Assembly (NCBI GenBank): GCA_963762695.1
Contig: CAVXLW010000002.1
Span: 1,853 to 65,852 of the forward strand
DNA: 64,000 nt
Source of the DNA: an uncultured Actinomycetota bacterium
GTDB lineage: Bacteria > Actinomycetota > Actinomycetes > Frankiales > Frankiaceae
Direction: 5' to 3'
Part shown: positions 50,223-59,964 of the stretch, piece after piece
How the letters are laid out: the number at the start of each line of letters is the position of its first letter
Position numbering within the stretch: position 1 is the stretch's first letter
The notes under the pieces: generated by a model
Seen by the model: only the letters and a program-made list of their open reading frames with translations
Told to the model about the DNA's origin: nothing
The model's database searches: none
Made by a program: the position numbers and the translations under genes

Positions 50223-50981
50223 TGGGCTACGACCTGTCCATGCGCGTGTGGCGCGGTGATGCCGACGGCGGCGATCTGCGCGACTACACCGTGGCCGTGG
50301 AGGAGGGCGAGGTCGTCCTTGACGCCATCCACCGCATCCAGGCCACGCAGGCCGGGCGACCTTGCTGTCCGCTGGAACTGCAAGGCGGGCAAGTGCGGCT
50401 CCTGCAGCATGGAGATCAACGGCAAGCCGCGCCTCGCCTGCATGAGCCGGCTGTCGACCTTCGACCCGGCCGAGACCATCACGGTGACGCCGCTGCGCAC
50501 CTTCCCGGTCATCCGCGACCTGGTCACCGACGTCTCGTTCAACTACGAAATGGCCAGCCGGGTACCGGCTTTCGCACCCCGCCCGCGGGAGAAGGACGGC
50601 ACCCACCGGATTTCGCAGATCGACATCGACCGGGTGCAGGAGTTCCACAAGTGCATCGAGTGCTTCCTGTGCCAGACGGTGTGCCACGTCATCCGCGACC
50701 ACGACGAGAACAAGGAAGAGTTCGCCGGGCCGCGCATGTTCATCAAGTACGCCGAGCTCGAGATGCACCCGCTGGACACGAACGACCGGCGCGATCTGCT
50801 CCGTGAGAAGGCCGGCCTCGGGATGTGCAACATCACCAAGTGCTGCACCGAGGTCTGCCCGGAGCACATCAAAATCACGGACAACGCGATCATCCCGTTG
50901 AAGGAACGTGTCGTCGACAACTCCTATGACCCGCTCGTCTGGCTCGGACGCAAGATCAGGCGCCGGAGCAAGTCCGACTAG
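50222..50981 (+). pseudogene. sdhB: Succinate dehydrogenase/fumarate reductase iron-sulfur subunit, one frameshift
   Basis: ATG 50222 (MGYDLSMRVWRGDADGGDLRDYTV..). After about 50355 the sequence continues in ORF 50256..50981: DLAVRWNCKAGKCGSCSMEINGKPRLAC; CIECFLCQTVC; CNITKCCTEVCP. Confidence 0.8.
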
Positions 50982-51035
50982 CCGCGCGGGTCGCGCCCCG
51001 AGTCACCGCCCGAGTGCGGGCATAACGTCGCAGGC

Positions 51036-51887
51036 ATGGCGGAACCGGTTCTGGTCCTTCGGGATGTCACCGTGCGCCGCGGAACTTCCACCTTGCTCGA
51101 CGGGGTGGACTGGACCGTCCGGGACGGCCAGGCGTGGGCGGTGCTCGGCTCCAACGGCGCCGGCAAGACGACCCTGCTCCAGGTGGCAGCCACGACCCTC
51201 CGCCCGACTTCCGGCGCGGTCGAGGTGCTCGGCGAGCGGCTGGGCCCGCAGTCCGAAGTCGACGTCTACGAGCTGCGGCCGCGGATCGGGCTGGCGAGCA
51301 CGTCAGTCGGTGAGCGGATGCCGGCGGGCGAGCTGGTGCGCGATGCCGTCGTGACCGCGGGCTACGCGGTCATCGGGCGGGGCAGCGAGTACTACGACCC
51401 CGCCGACGACGAGCGGGCTCTGCGCATCCTCGAGCAGCTGGGCTGCCGTCGCATCGCCGAGCGGGCGTACGGCACGCTTTCCGAGGGCGAGCGCAAGCGC
51501 GTGCAGATCGCCCGGGCGCTGATGACCGACCCCGAGCTCCTGCTGCTCGACGAGCCGGCCGCCGGTCTCGACCTCGGTGCCCGGGAAGCCCTGCTACGCC
51601 GGCTCACTCGCGTAATGGCCGACCCCGGAGGCCCGGTGCTGGTCATGGTGAGCCATCACGTCGAGGAGATCCCGCCGGGGATCACCCACGTGCTGCTGCT
51701 GCGGGCCGGCGCCGTCGTAGCCGCGGGGCCGATCGAAGAAGTCCTTACGGGCGAGCCACTTTCGCGCTGTTTCGGGCTGCCTCTCGCGGTCGAACAGGTG
51801 GGCGTCGGTCGTTACGCCGCACGGCTCGCGCCCCCGCGGCTGCTCGCCACCGTGCCGCAGCCGCCGCCGATCCGCCGCGCCGTCTAG
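51036..51887 (+). CDS. ABC transporter ATP-binding protein (stand-alone ATPase, ModF-like)
   Basis: 283-aa ORF with Walker A GSNGAGKTTLLQ, signature LSEGERKRVQIARAL, Walker B LLLLDEPAAGLD and H-loop VSHH. No adjacent permease gene. Confidence 0.8.
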   Translation: MAEPVLVLRDVTVRRGTSTLLDGVDWTVRDGQAWAVLGSNGAGKTTLLQVAATTLRPTSGAVEVLGERLGPQSEVDVYELRPRIGLASTSVGERMPAGELVRDAVVTAGYAVIGRGSEYYDPADDERALRILEQLGCRRIAERAYGTLSEGERKRVQIARALMTDPELLLLDEPAAGLDLGAREALLRRLTRVMADPGGPVLVMVSHHVEEIPPGITHVLLLRAGAVVAAGPIEEVLTGEPLSRCFGLPLAVEQVGVGRYAARLAPPRLLATVPQPPPIRRAV

Positions 51888-51907
51888 CGAGCGCCACCGG
51901 ACCGGCG

Positions 51908-53128
51908 TCAGGTCTGACGCGCCTGCAGTGTCGCTGCGGGAACGCGGGGCAGCGGGGCCAGCAGCCTGGCGCCGCCGAGGGCGACGAGGGCACCGAGACC
52001 GGCCGCGACCGGACCCACGATGAACGCGACCCGTACCGAGAACGCGTCGATCAGCACGCCGCCCAGCGCAGCGCCGGCCGCGACGCCGACGTTGATGCCC
52101 GTCGATTGCCAGGTGAAGCCTTCGGTGCGGCTGTGAGCCGGTACGACGCGTGCCACCAGACCGCTGCTGGCGATCAGGGTCGGGGCGATGGAGACGCCGA
52201 TCAGCAGGGCTGCCGGGGCGAGCTGCCCGAGTGTCATCGCCGCGAGCGCAGGCAGGCTGCCCACCGCGAGGGTCGCCAGCGAAAGCCGGTAGCGCACCGC
52301 GAGGTCCAGCCGCCAGCGGCGCGCGCCGTACCAGAGACCGGCTGCCATGCTCCCGAAAGCGATCAGCCCGAGCAGCAGTCCGGCGAGCCCGGCGGCGCCG
52401 TGGCGCTGGGCGAACGCGATCACCGACACCTCGACGTTGCCGAACACCACGCCGATCAGCACGCTGCTGGTGATGAGCACCCACATGGCCCGGATGCGCC
52501 AGGCGCCGGAGCCGGCTTGCGCGGCGAACGGGGGCGGCTCGCTGCTGCGCGCACCGACGAAGACCACGCTTCCGACCAGCGCCAGGCCGCCCGCGAGGAG
52601 CGGAGCCACCAGCGGATTCCACGCTGACAGCGCCGTCACCACCACCGGCCCGATGATGAAAATCGCTTCATCTGCGGCACTTTCCAGCGCCAGAGCTGTC
52701 GACAACTGCGCGTTGGTGGCGAGCAGATGGGTCCAGCGGGCACGCACCAGCGACGGATAGGGCAGCTGCCCGGCGCCCGCCACGACCGCTCCGGCGAACA
52801 GCACGGCGACAGGAGCGTGCACGGCCGCGGCGATGGTCAGGATCGCGATGCCGGCGAGGAAGAGCGCCAGCAGGCGCGGGACGACGACCGACTGCCCGAG
52901 GCGGTCGACGAGCCGTCCCACCACAGGGGTCATGGCGGCCTGGGTGAGCGTGTGGGCCGCGCTGGCCGCACCGCCCAGGCCGTACGAACCGGTCCGGTGC
53001 CGGACGACGAGCAGGATGGCGATCGTCATCATCGCCATCGGCACCCGGCCGACGAAACCCGGCACGGCGAAGCGCATCGCACCGGGCGTGCGCAACACGC
53101 TGCGGTACGGGCTGGTCACCAAGGCCAT
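51908..53128 (-). CDS. MFS transporter
   Basis: 406-aa ORF with about 12 hydrophobic segments and MFS loop motif VVGRLVDRLGQSVVVP. Confidence 0.8.
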   Translation of the reverse strand: MALVTSPYRSVLRTPGAMRFAVPGFVGRVPMAMMTIAILLVVRHRTGSYGLGGAASAAHTLTQAAMTPVVGRLVDRLGQSVVVPRLLALFLAGIAILTIAAAVHAPVAVLFAGAVVAGAGQLPYPSLVRARWTHLLATNAQLSTALALESAADEAIFIIGPVVVTALSAWNPLVAPLLAGGLALVGSVVFVGARSSEPPPFAAQAGSGAWRIRAMWVLITSSVLIGVVFGNVEVSVIAFAQRHGAAGLAGLLLGLIAFGSMAAGLWYGARRWRLDLAVRYRLSLATLAVGSLPALAAMTLGQLAPAALLIGVSIAPTLIASSGLVARVVPAHSRTEGFTWQSTGINVGVAAGAALGGVLIDAFSVRVAFIVGPVAAGLGALVALGGARLLAPLPRVPAATLQARQT

Positions 53129-53165
53129 GCTGCCAGGAGAGCCGGTCGGTCACCGGCTCCGGCGA

Positions 53166-54779
53166 TCAGGGCTGCCGGGAGCGCACCGGGTCCGACGGGA
53201 GCACGACGGTCTGGCTCGGCTCGGCGGGCTCCTCGTCCTCGACGTCCTCGACGGCCACAGCGTCCGGGACGAGGTCGACGGACTCGGCTTCGCTCGCGCG
53301 ACCGGTGATGACCCCGCCGTCGGCCGTCACGGCGGGCTGGAAGAGGGGCTCGGCGCGCCGCGGCGAGGCCTTGGCGCGCAGCGTGCGCGGCTGGCGCAGC
53401 AGGGTCCGGCAGTGCTCGGCGAGCGCGTCAGCCTCGTTCTCGAGGGCCAGCACGTCGTCAGGGTCGGCGACCTCGCGCAGCTGGCGTCCGATATCTGACA
53501 GCTGGGCCAGCGCCTCGGCGAAACTGAACTGGGTGACCGTCACCGGCCTCCTCCTCTTGGTGCGCAGACGCGGAGCAGCTAGGGCAAGGGCGAGGGGCAC
53601 GATCAGCGCGGCCAGGATCAGCCATTGTCGGGTGATCACCGCACCGGCGATGACCGCCAGGGCCAGCACGCCGGCCAGGAGGCGAATCCGCCGCAGCCGG
53701 CGGGTCCGGATGCCCATCGTGCGCGTGGTCGCCAGGCGGATGTCCTCGGCGAGGCCGTGACGGGTCTGCTCGAGCCGCCGGGCGGCGCGGCGGATGGCCT
53801 CGTCGGCCGCATCGGCCACCTCGAGCACGGTGTCCTCGACCAGATCGTGCGCCCGCTGCAGCCGGCGGATCACCGAGATCGTGGCCTCGTGAGCACTGGG
53901 ATACGCCTGGTGGGAGACCTCCTCGACGGCCGCCGGCTCCTCGGGCGAGCCCAGGCCGGAGAGCACCGGGGTGGTGGACGTCGCGACGGCGCGCACGACG
54001 GCCTCGGAATCGAAAGGAGCGAGGCTGAGGGGTCGTCCGTCCTGGCGCAGCAGCAGGATGAGGTCGTGGCCGGCGAGCGCCGCTTCGCGCAGCCCGTTAG
54101 CAAGCTGATCGCCGGCGGCCGAACCGGCGACCGTGGGGGCGTAGACCTTCACCTCGACGTCGAAGCCGCACCCGGTGAGCAGCTCGCGGGAGGCCTCCAG
54201 GGCCGGATCGCCGCAGGCGGCCACCAGCGCGATCGAGGACGGAGCGGTGGGGACGCGCAGGTCACGCTGGCGTTCGGCGAGCCGGGCGGACGATGCGGCG
54301 CTGCGGACCTGCTCGCGCCGATCGGCCAGCCAGGCCGCCGTCGGCTGCGGGTCGAGCGCCGTGACTTCGAAGATCGCGCAATGGCGCGTGGGGTCGTAGC
54401 TGAGCAGGCCGCCGGCGCGTACGAAATGGCCGTCGACCAGCAAATCGTCGACGGCGACGTCATGCAGGCGGCGCAGCGAATCATCGATGGCGAGCCTGGC
54501 CTCCGGAAGCAACTCGCAGGGCAGCGTGCGCATGCCGTCGTCGGCCTCTTCGATCAGGACGAACGCGTCGATCCCGCGACCGTCGGGCGCCTCGAGGTCG
54601 GGCATGCCTCCGCGCAGGCCACGAAGGATCCCGCAGACCCAGATCCGGCGCGGAAAGGCGGTGTGGAACTGATCTTCGATGGCGCGCAGGACATCGCCCA
54701 CCTGAAGGAGACGCCGCTCCCCGTCCAGCCGCGCGCCACGCTCCGTCACGGCGCCGAGGATACGGATCCCAGGTGTCAT
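53166..54779 (-). CDS. Membrane-anchored protein with a degenerate exonuclease VII large-subunit (XseA)-like N-terminal region
   Basis: Within ORF 53166..54824, ATG 54779. The order of elements parallels XseA. OB-like: VGDVLRAIEDQFHTAFPRRIWVCGILRGL, GHFVRAGGLLSYDPTRHCAIFEVTALDP. Core: SIALVAACGDPALEASREL..VYAPTVAGSAAGDQL..HDLILLLRQDGRPLSLAPFDSEAVVRAVATSTTPVLSGLGSPEE. The RGGGS and GHExD positions read RQDGR and GSPEE. This is followed by a coiled region, two TM helices (LLAGVLALAVIAGAVI, LILAALIVPLALALAAP) and an acidic tail. The call rests on remembered motif order only. Confidence 0.45.
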   Translation of the reverse strand: MTPGIRILGAVTERGARLDGERRLLQVGDVLRAIEDQFHTAFPRRIWVCGILRGLRGGMPDLEAPDGRGIDAFVLIEEADDGMRTLPCELLPEARLAIDDSLRRLHDVAVDDLLVDGHFVRAGGLLSYDPTRHCAIFEVTALDPQPTAAWLADRREQVRSAASSARLAERQRDLRVPTAPSSIALVAACGDPALEASRELLTGCGFDVEVKVYAPTVAGSAAGDQLANGLREAALAGHDLILLLRQDGRPLSLAPFDSEAVVRAVATSTTPVLSGLGSPEEPAAVEEVSHQAYPSAHEATISVIRRLQRAHDLVEDTVLEVADAADEAIRRAARRLEQTRHGLAEDIRLATTRTMGIRTRRLRRIRLLAGVLALAVIAGAVITRQWLILAALIVPLALALAAPRLRTKRRRPVTVTQFSFAEALAQLSDIGRQLREVADPDDVLALENEADALAEHCRTLLRQPRTLRAKASPRRAEPLFQPAVTADGGVITGRASEAESVDLVPDAVAVEDVEDEEPAEPSQTVVLPSDPVRSRQP

Positions 54780-54889
54780 CCGAGGGGCGGCGCGCCACAA
54801 TCTCACAGTCCGGCTTCTACGCATTCTGTTTCCGGCTGAAGCAGCAAGCGTGTCGCGGCCGGATCAGGCGCTCGGCTAGCCTGGGGATC

Positions 54890-55465
54890 ATGGGGATGTA
54901 CCTGGCCAGGGTGCCCGAGGCCGACGCTTTGCTCGACGAAGATCCGCTGGCGCTGCTCATCGGGATGCTGCTTGATCAGCAAATTCCCTTGGAGAAAGCG
55001 TTTTCGGGCCCGCTCGTGCTCAAGGAGCGCCTTGGTGGCTCGCTCGACGCCGCGGAGATCGCCCGCTACGAACCCGAGGCCTTTGCCGCTCTGTGCGCGA
55101 CGCCGCCGGCGATCCATCGCTTCCCCAAGTCCATGGCCGCCCGGGTGCAGACGCTGTGCCGGATCGTCAGCGACGAGTACGACGGCGATGCCGCTGCGGT
55201 CTGGGCCAAGGCGAAGGACGGGCCCGACGTGCTGAAGCGGCTCGCTGCCCTGCCCGGCTTCGGCAAGCAGAAGGCTCAGATCTTCCTGGCGCTGCTGGGC
55301 AAGCAGCGCGGCATGAAGGCTAAGGGATGGCGCGAGGCGGCCGGCGATTTCGGGGTGAAGGGCAGCTACAAGTCCGTCGCCGACATCGTCGACGATGCCT
55401 CACTCGGGCGCGTGCGTGCGTACAAGAAGGACATGAAGGCCAAGGCCAAAGAGTCCGCCGGATAG
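54890..55465 (+). CDS. HhH-GPD superfamily base-excision repair protein (small, Lys-rich tail)
   Basis: Within ORF 54773..55465, ATG 54890. Sequence DPLALLIGMLLDQQIPLEKAF, helix-hairpin-helix LAALPGFGKQKAQIFLALLG, basic tail RAYKKDMKAKAKES. Confidence 0.65.
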   Translation: MGMYLARVPEADALLDEDPLALLIGMLLDQQIPLEKAFSGPLVLKERLGGSLDAAEIARYEPEAFAALCATPPAIHRFPKSMAARVQTLCRIVSDEYDGDAAAVWAKAKDGPDVLKRLAALPGFGKQKAQIFLALLGKQRGMKAKGWREAAGDFGVKGSYKSVADIVDDASLGRVRAYKKDMKAKAKESAG

Positions 55466-55482
55466 CGCTTGGCCGGGTGCCC

Positions 55483-56289
55483 TCACGGGGTCGGCGAGAT
55501 GGCGACTACGGCCTCGGTCGTCTGCACGATGAACGTCAGCGACTCCTGGAGGTAGAGCTGACGTGCTCGGCGTCGTGGGAGAGGTAGCCGATCGACAAGT
55601 CCTGGCCGAGGTGCAGTTCGAAGTCCCGCCACGGGTGGAGAGCAGGAATGCGCCCTCGATCGCCGGCGCCCAGATGATCTCGCCGTCCTGGATCACGCGC
55701 GCGATGTGATCGTGGATCGGGTAGCCGTGGTCGGTCGTCTCGGCGACAGCGGTGTACGCCTCGGCTGACAGCAGCAGGCTGTACGGGCCGTCGACGCCGG
55801 CGAGCCGCAGCGAGGTGAGGGCCTGCGCGACGACGTGTCGGGAACTCCAGCTCGTCGGCCGGAAGCGAGAACGCCGGGTTCGAACTGCTGGCCCGGAGCC
55901 CGGCGATTCCGGCCGCCGTGAAACCGTCGGCGATGGCCCGGTCCTCGGCGAAGGCGATCTGTTTGGCGGCGTCTTTGACCGGCTGCCAGTCGGCGTCCTT
56001 GGCGCCGCGTTCGACCTCGTCGACCGCTTGCCGGTCGATCACGAACGGCACCCGGAACTCCACGATCGGCTGGGCGATTCGCGGCGCGGGCGCGGACCCC
56101 TGGGCGGGGCATCGAGCTCGCTGCAGGTGCCCGGTGCCCACGGCGGCCAGCCCCTCGCCGTCGGGCCCGACGACATCCACCACGCGCCGCCCGGCAACGT
56201 GGCGGGTGAACGTGCGATGCGCCTCGGCCTCGAGATCGGCCCAGGCGGCATCGGAGATCGGGCGCGAGTTCGCGATGCAGGTTGTTCAT
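55483..56289 (-). pseudogene. Family 1 encapsulin shell protein (linocin M18-like), multiply frameshifted
   Basis: ATG 56289 (MNNLHRELAP) overlaps the DyP stop (ATGA). Fragments in three frames: VDVVGPDGEGLAAVGTGHLQ..IVEFRVPFVIDRQAVDEVERGAKDADWQPVKDAAKQIAFAEDRAIADGFTAAGIAGL; VIQDGEIIWAPAIEGAFLLSTRGG; DFELHLGQDLSIGYLSHDAEHV; QLYLQESLTFIVQTTEAVVAISPTP-stop (55483-55485). The span of 807 nt is native size. Confidence 0.8.
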
Positions 56290-57351
56290 GCCGTGCTTCC
56301 CTTCAAACTGCCGATGCCGAGCGAATGGTCGACGGCGACGGCGCATGCTTCGGACTGATCGGTGGGTCAACGCGGACTGCACCGAAGGCCGCTCGGCGGG
56401 TCGTCCAGGAAGTCCGCCGACTCGGATGAAGAAGAGCGTGCCGGTGACCGGCGTGGAGAAGTCGAGGATGCGGTCGTAATTGCCCGGCGGATCGCCGAGG
56501 AACATGTTCGTGAGCATCTGCTCGGTGAGCTCGGGATGGCGGCGTAGCCGATGAAATACGTGCCGAACTCCGCCGTCGCCGACGCGATCCGAACGGCATG
56601 TTGTCGCGCACGATCTGACGCTGTTCGGCCATCTGGACCGACGATGGTGTTGAGCGCGACGTGCGAGTTCGACGGCTTGACGTCGTCGGCCAGTTCGATG
56701 TCGTCGAGCTTGGTGCGCCCGACGACGCGCTCCTGCTCCTCGACCGGGATGGCGCTGCCAGGCATCCAGGTCGTGCAGGTACTTCTGGACGATGACATAG
56801 CTGCCGCCCTCGAAGTCCGGATCCTCGTCGCCGATGAGCACGGCAGCTGCTGCCGACGGTCCGGTCGGGATTCTCGGTGCCGTCGACGAAACCCAGCAGG
56901 TCGCGCTCGTCGAAGTACTTGAAGCCGTGGACCTCATCCACGACCGTGGCCTGCGCGCCAAGCCGCCCGGTCAGCTTGCCACGCGAGCTCGAAGCACAGA
57001 TCCAGCGGCGGGCGCGCAGGTGGAAGAACAGATCCGCCGGGTCGTGGTCACGGTCTGATGACGCGGTCCGGCGATCTCCGGCAGCACGTGCAGCGCCGCC
57101 GGGCGAGGCGTCCCGAACATCCGGTCCCACAGCTCGGTGCCGATGCCGGCGCACGCAGGCGAGCTCGCCGCTCGGGGATCCGAAAGCCCACCGAGCGGCT
57201 CGAGCCCGGCGACGTCGGCGAGCAGGTCGCGGACGGTCTCCTCGGCGCCGTCCGCGATCGTGAGGACGAGGAAGATCGCCGCCTCGGTCAGCGGGGTGAG
57301 GATCGGCTGCGCCTGCACCGGGGGACCCACGGGCGGGGTCGGTGTCACCAT
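56286..57351 (-). pseudogene. DyP-type peroxidase with C-terminal encapsulin cargo-loading peptide, multiply frameshifted
   Basis: ATG 57351 (MVTPTPPVGPPVQAQPILTPLTEAAIFLVLTIADGAEETVRDLL). Fragments: TVVDEVHGFKYFDERDLLGFVDGTENP; VLIGDEDPDFEGGSYVIVQKYLHDLDAW; VEEQERVVGRTKLDDIELADDVKPSNSHVALN; FGTYFIGYA; MLTNMFLGDPPGNYDRILDFSTPVTGTLFFI. The terminal SLGIGSLKGSTA-stop lies at 56286-56324. Confidence 0.8.
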
Positions 57352-57618
57352 CTCGGCCGCTCCCTCCGGCTTCCCTCGGTCTCTGCTTCGGTGCCATGCT
57401 GTCAGAGGTTGATCGATGAGCGAATACCGGCTGGCTGTCACGCGCCGGCGGGGCATCGGCGGGTGCTGTCGTTGTGGACCGAGCGCGCTCGTCCACAGTC
57501 TCGGCCGGGACGGCTGCGCGGGGTTCGGCGAGCAGGCAGGCTCGGCTTCGTGCCCAGGTATTCGAGCAGCCCCGCGAGGTCTTCACGGCGAGCACCCGCA
57601 TCCCCGGAGGAGGCGGAA

Positions 57619-58353
57619 GTGCTGCGCGTCGCGGCCCGGTCCGCGGAGGATGCCGGAGATTTCTGCGGGGCGATGCGGCTGGTGTGCCGGCTGCCCGATT
57701 CCGGCGGGGCGCGGCGCTGGCTCAGCCAGCTGGAGGAGGTGCTCCGGCTGCCCGAGCAGGCGCCTGCGCGCGTGACGTGGCTGGTGTATCCCGCGGTGCG
57801 CTGGGCGCGTGAGCGCGCGGCCGGAGAGGTGCTCGAGCGTTACGCCAGGCTGCTCCTGCTGACGCTGGGGGTGCTGGGTGCCGAGCGGGAGAAGCTCCTG
57901 GGTCTCGTGGCGTCGACCGATCCGGTGGTGCTCGATGCGGGCCTGTTCGACGCCGGGCTGTTCGCGCGCTACGTGAGCGAGGCCATGAGTCCGCAATGGC
58001 GTGGGCGCTGCGGGCCGCTGGAGCTGTGGCAGGCCCAGCCACCGTCCGTCTTCCGCATCGAGGAGCGGCGCGAGACCTCGGTGCTGCTGCACGATCTGTG
58101 GTCCGCGCAGGCGCTGGAGTGCCTGCCGTGGGCGGCGGAGCGGTCGACCCCGGCGGGCACCCTCATGTTCGGCCGCCTGGTTCCGGTGGCCGGCCGCGTG
58201 GGTCAGGCGTTCGCGCTGGCGCCGCTACGGGTCGATCAGCGTTGTGCCGTCAGGCTCGGGCGGGCGCGCCAGCGCGGCGAGGGTCCCGAAGAGCGGCTGC
58301 GGGCCGTCGCCCGCTTTCGGCGGCGCGATCAGCGAGGGCAGGCGGCGGCATGA
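57619..58353 (+). CDS. Hypothetical protein
   Basis: C-terminal 244 codons of ORF 57058..58353. GTG 57619 is preceded by GGAGGAGG with a 5-nt spacer. Leu/Arg/Ala-rich. No family recognised. Confidence 0.45.
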   Translation: MLRVAARSAEDAGDFCGAMRLVCRLPDSGGARRWLSQLEEVLRLPEQAPARVTWLVYPAVRWARERAAGEVLERYARLLLLTLGVLGAEREKLLGLVASTDPVVLDAGLFDAGLFARYVSEAMSPQWRGRCGPLELWQAQPPSVFRIEERRETSVLLHDLWSAQALECLPWAAERSTPAGTLMFGRLVPVAGRVGQAFALAPLRVDQRCAVRLGRARQRGEGPEERLRAVARFRRRDQRGQAAA

Positions 58354-58376
58354 GCGCCGTCCTGCGCCGGGTGCTT

Positions 58377-59881
58377 TCAGCCCTGCAGCTCGCGTACCCA
58401 CTCCTCGACGTCGTCGGCGGCGCGCGGCAGCGCGTCCGAGAGCACCCGGCATCCGCCGGCGGTCACCAGGACGTCGTCCTCGATCCGCACTCCGATGCCG
58501 CGGAATTCGGGCGGCACGGTCTCGTCGTCGGCCTGGAAGTAGAGCCCCGGCTCGACCGTGAGCACCATGCCCTCGGCCAGCGGTCCGCGCTGATAGTTCT
58601 CCGCTCGGGCGTGTGCGCAGTCATGCACGTCCAGGCCCAGCATGTGCGAGGTGCTGTGCAGCGTGTAGCGGCGGTGCAGGCCCACGTCCTCCTGCAACGA
58701 TTCCGCCGCCGGGATCCCGAGGATGCCCCACTCCTCGAGGGCTTCCGCGATCACCGCCATCGCGGCGCGGTGTGGATCGAGGAAGTCCGCACCCGGCTTC
58801 GTCGCGTCGATCCCGGCCTGCTGTGCCGCCAGCACCACGTCGTAGACCTGGCGCTGCACGTCGCGGAAGTGGCCGTCGATGGGCAGCGTGCGGGTGAGGT
58901 CGGCGGTGTAGAAGCTGTCGACCTCCACCCCCATGTCGAGCAGGGCCAGATCGCCGGCCTGCACCGGACCGTCGTTGCGGACCCAATGCAGCGTGGTCGC
59001 GTGCGCTCCGGCGGCCACGATGGATCCGTAGCCCACGTCGTTGCCTTCGAGCCGGGCGCGGCGCCAGAAAGTGCCCTCGATCCAGCGCTCACCGCGATCC
59101 AGGGACGACGCGACGGGCATCTCGCGTATGCACTCGGCGAAGCCCCGCCCGGTCGCAGCGATGGCGCGCTCGAGCTCCGCTACTTCGAACGGGTCCTTCA
59201 GCAGGCGCAGCTCGCTGCTGGCGATCGCCAGCGCCTGCTCGCGGGCGCGGTCACCGGCACGGCGCACCTTGCGGTCGACCCGCCGGTCGATGTCGCGCAT
59301 CACCCGGGTGGTGCCCGGGGCCAGCCCGTCGAGGGCCGCGCCGAGCTCCTCGAGCGGCCGGCACGTGATGTCGAGCGCTGCCGCGGTCTCTTTCACGCCC
59401 CGGCGGGGGCCGACCCACAGCTCGCCGTAGCGGCGGTCGGTGTAGAAGGCCGACGTATCGCGGCTTGCGCGGTCGGCGAGGAACAGCACGCCCTCGCCTC
59501 CGGGGTGCACGATCAGCACCGCGTCGGGTTCGGCGCAGCCAGTCAGCCAGACGAAGTCGCTGTCGGGGCCGAAACGGGTAGTCGGTGTCGTTGGCGCGGA
59601 TCTTCAACGGCCCGCTGGGGACGACGAGCGTGTCGCCGGGGAAGTGCTGGGAGAGCGTGAGGCGGCGCTGCCGGGCGCGTCCGGCAGCCGGCTCCGGCTC
59701 GGTTGCCAGCGCGGCAGGCAGCAGCCTCCCAGCCGGTGGCCATCCATTGCTCGAGACGGCCGGCAGGGGGAAGGTCGTGGGTAGCCGGAAGGGTTGGCCC
59801 GCCTATGGATGACGCGTTCCCGGCGGGCGCGGAGGCGGATTCCGAGCCTCGCGTGGCCGCTCGCTTGGGATCGAGTTGCAT
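58377..59881 (-). pseudogene. Xaa-Pro aminopeptidase (M24B, aminopeptidase P family), two frameshifts in the N-terminal domain
   Basis: The catalytic domain is intact in ORF 58377..59519: DLALLDMGVE..YTADLTRT, HSTSHMLGLDVHD, LTVEPGLY, GVRIEDDV. The N-terminal pieces are MQLDPKR..RLEQWMATGWEAA (ATG 59881) and ALATEPEPAAGRARQRRLTLSQHFPGDTLVVPSGPLKIRANDTDYPFRP. Junctions are near 59735 and at the G-run 59565-59568. Confidence 0.75.
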
Positions 59882-59964
59882 CTATGCAGAGTAGGCCCTG
59901 ACACGTCCCACTCAGGTTGACGCCACGTCGCAGCGCCCGCAGCGTTGACAGTAAGTTGACCCAA

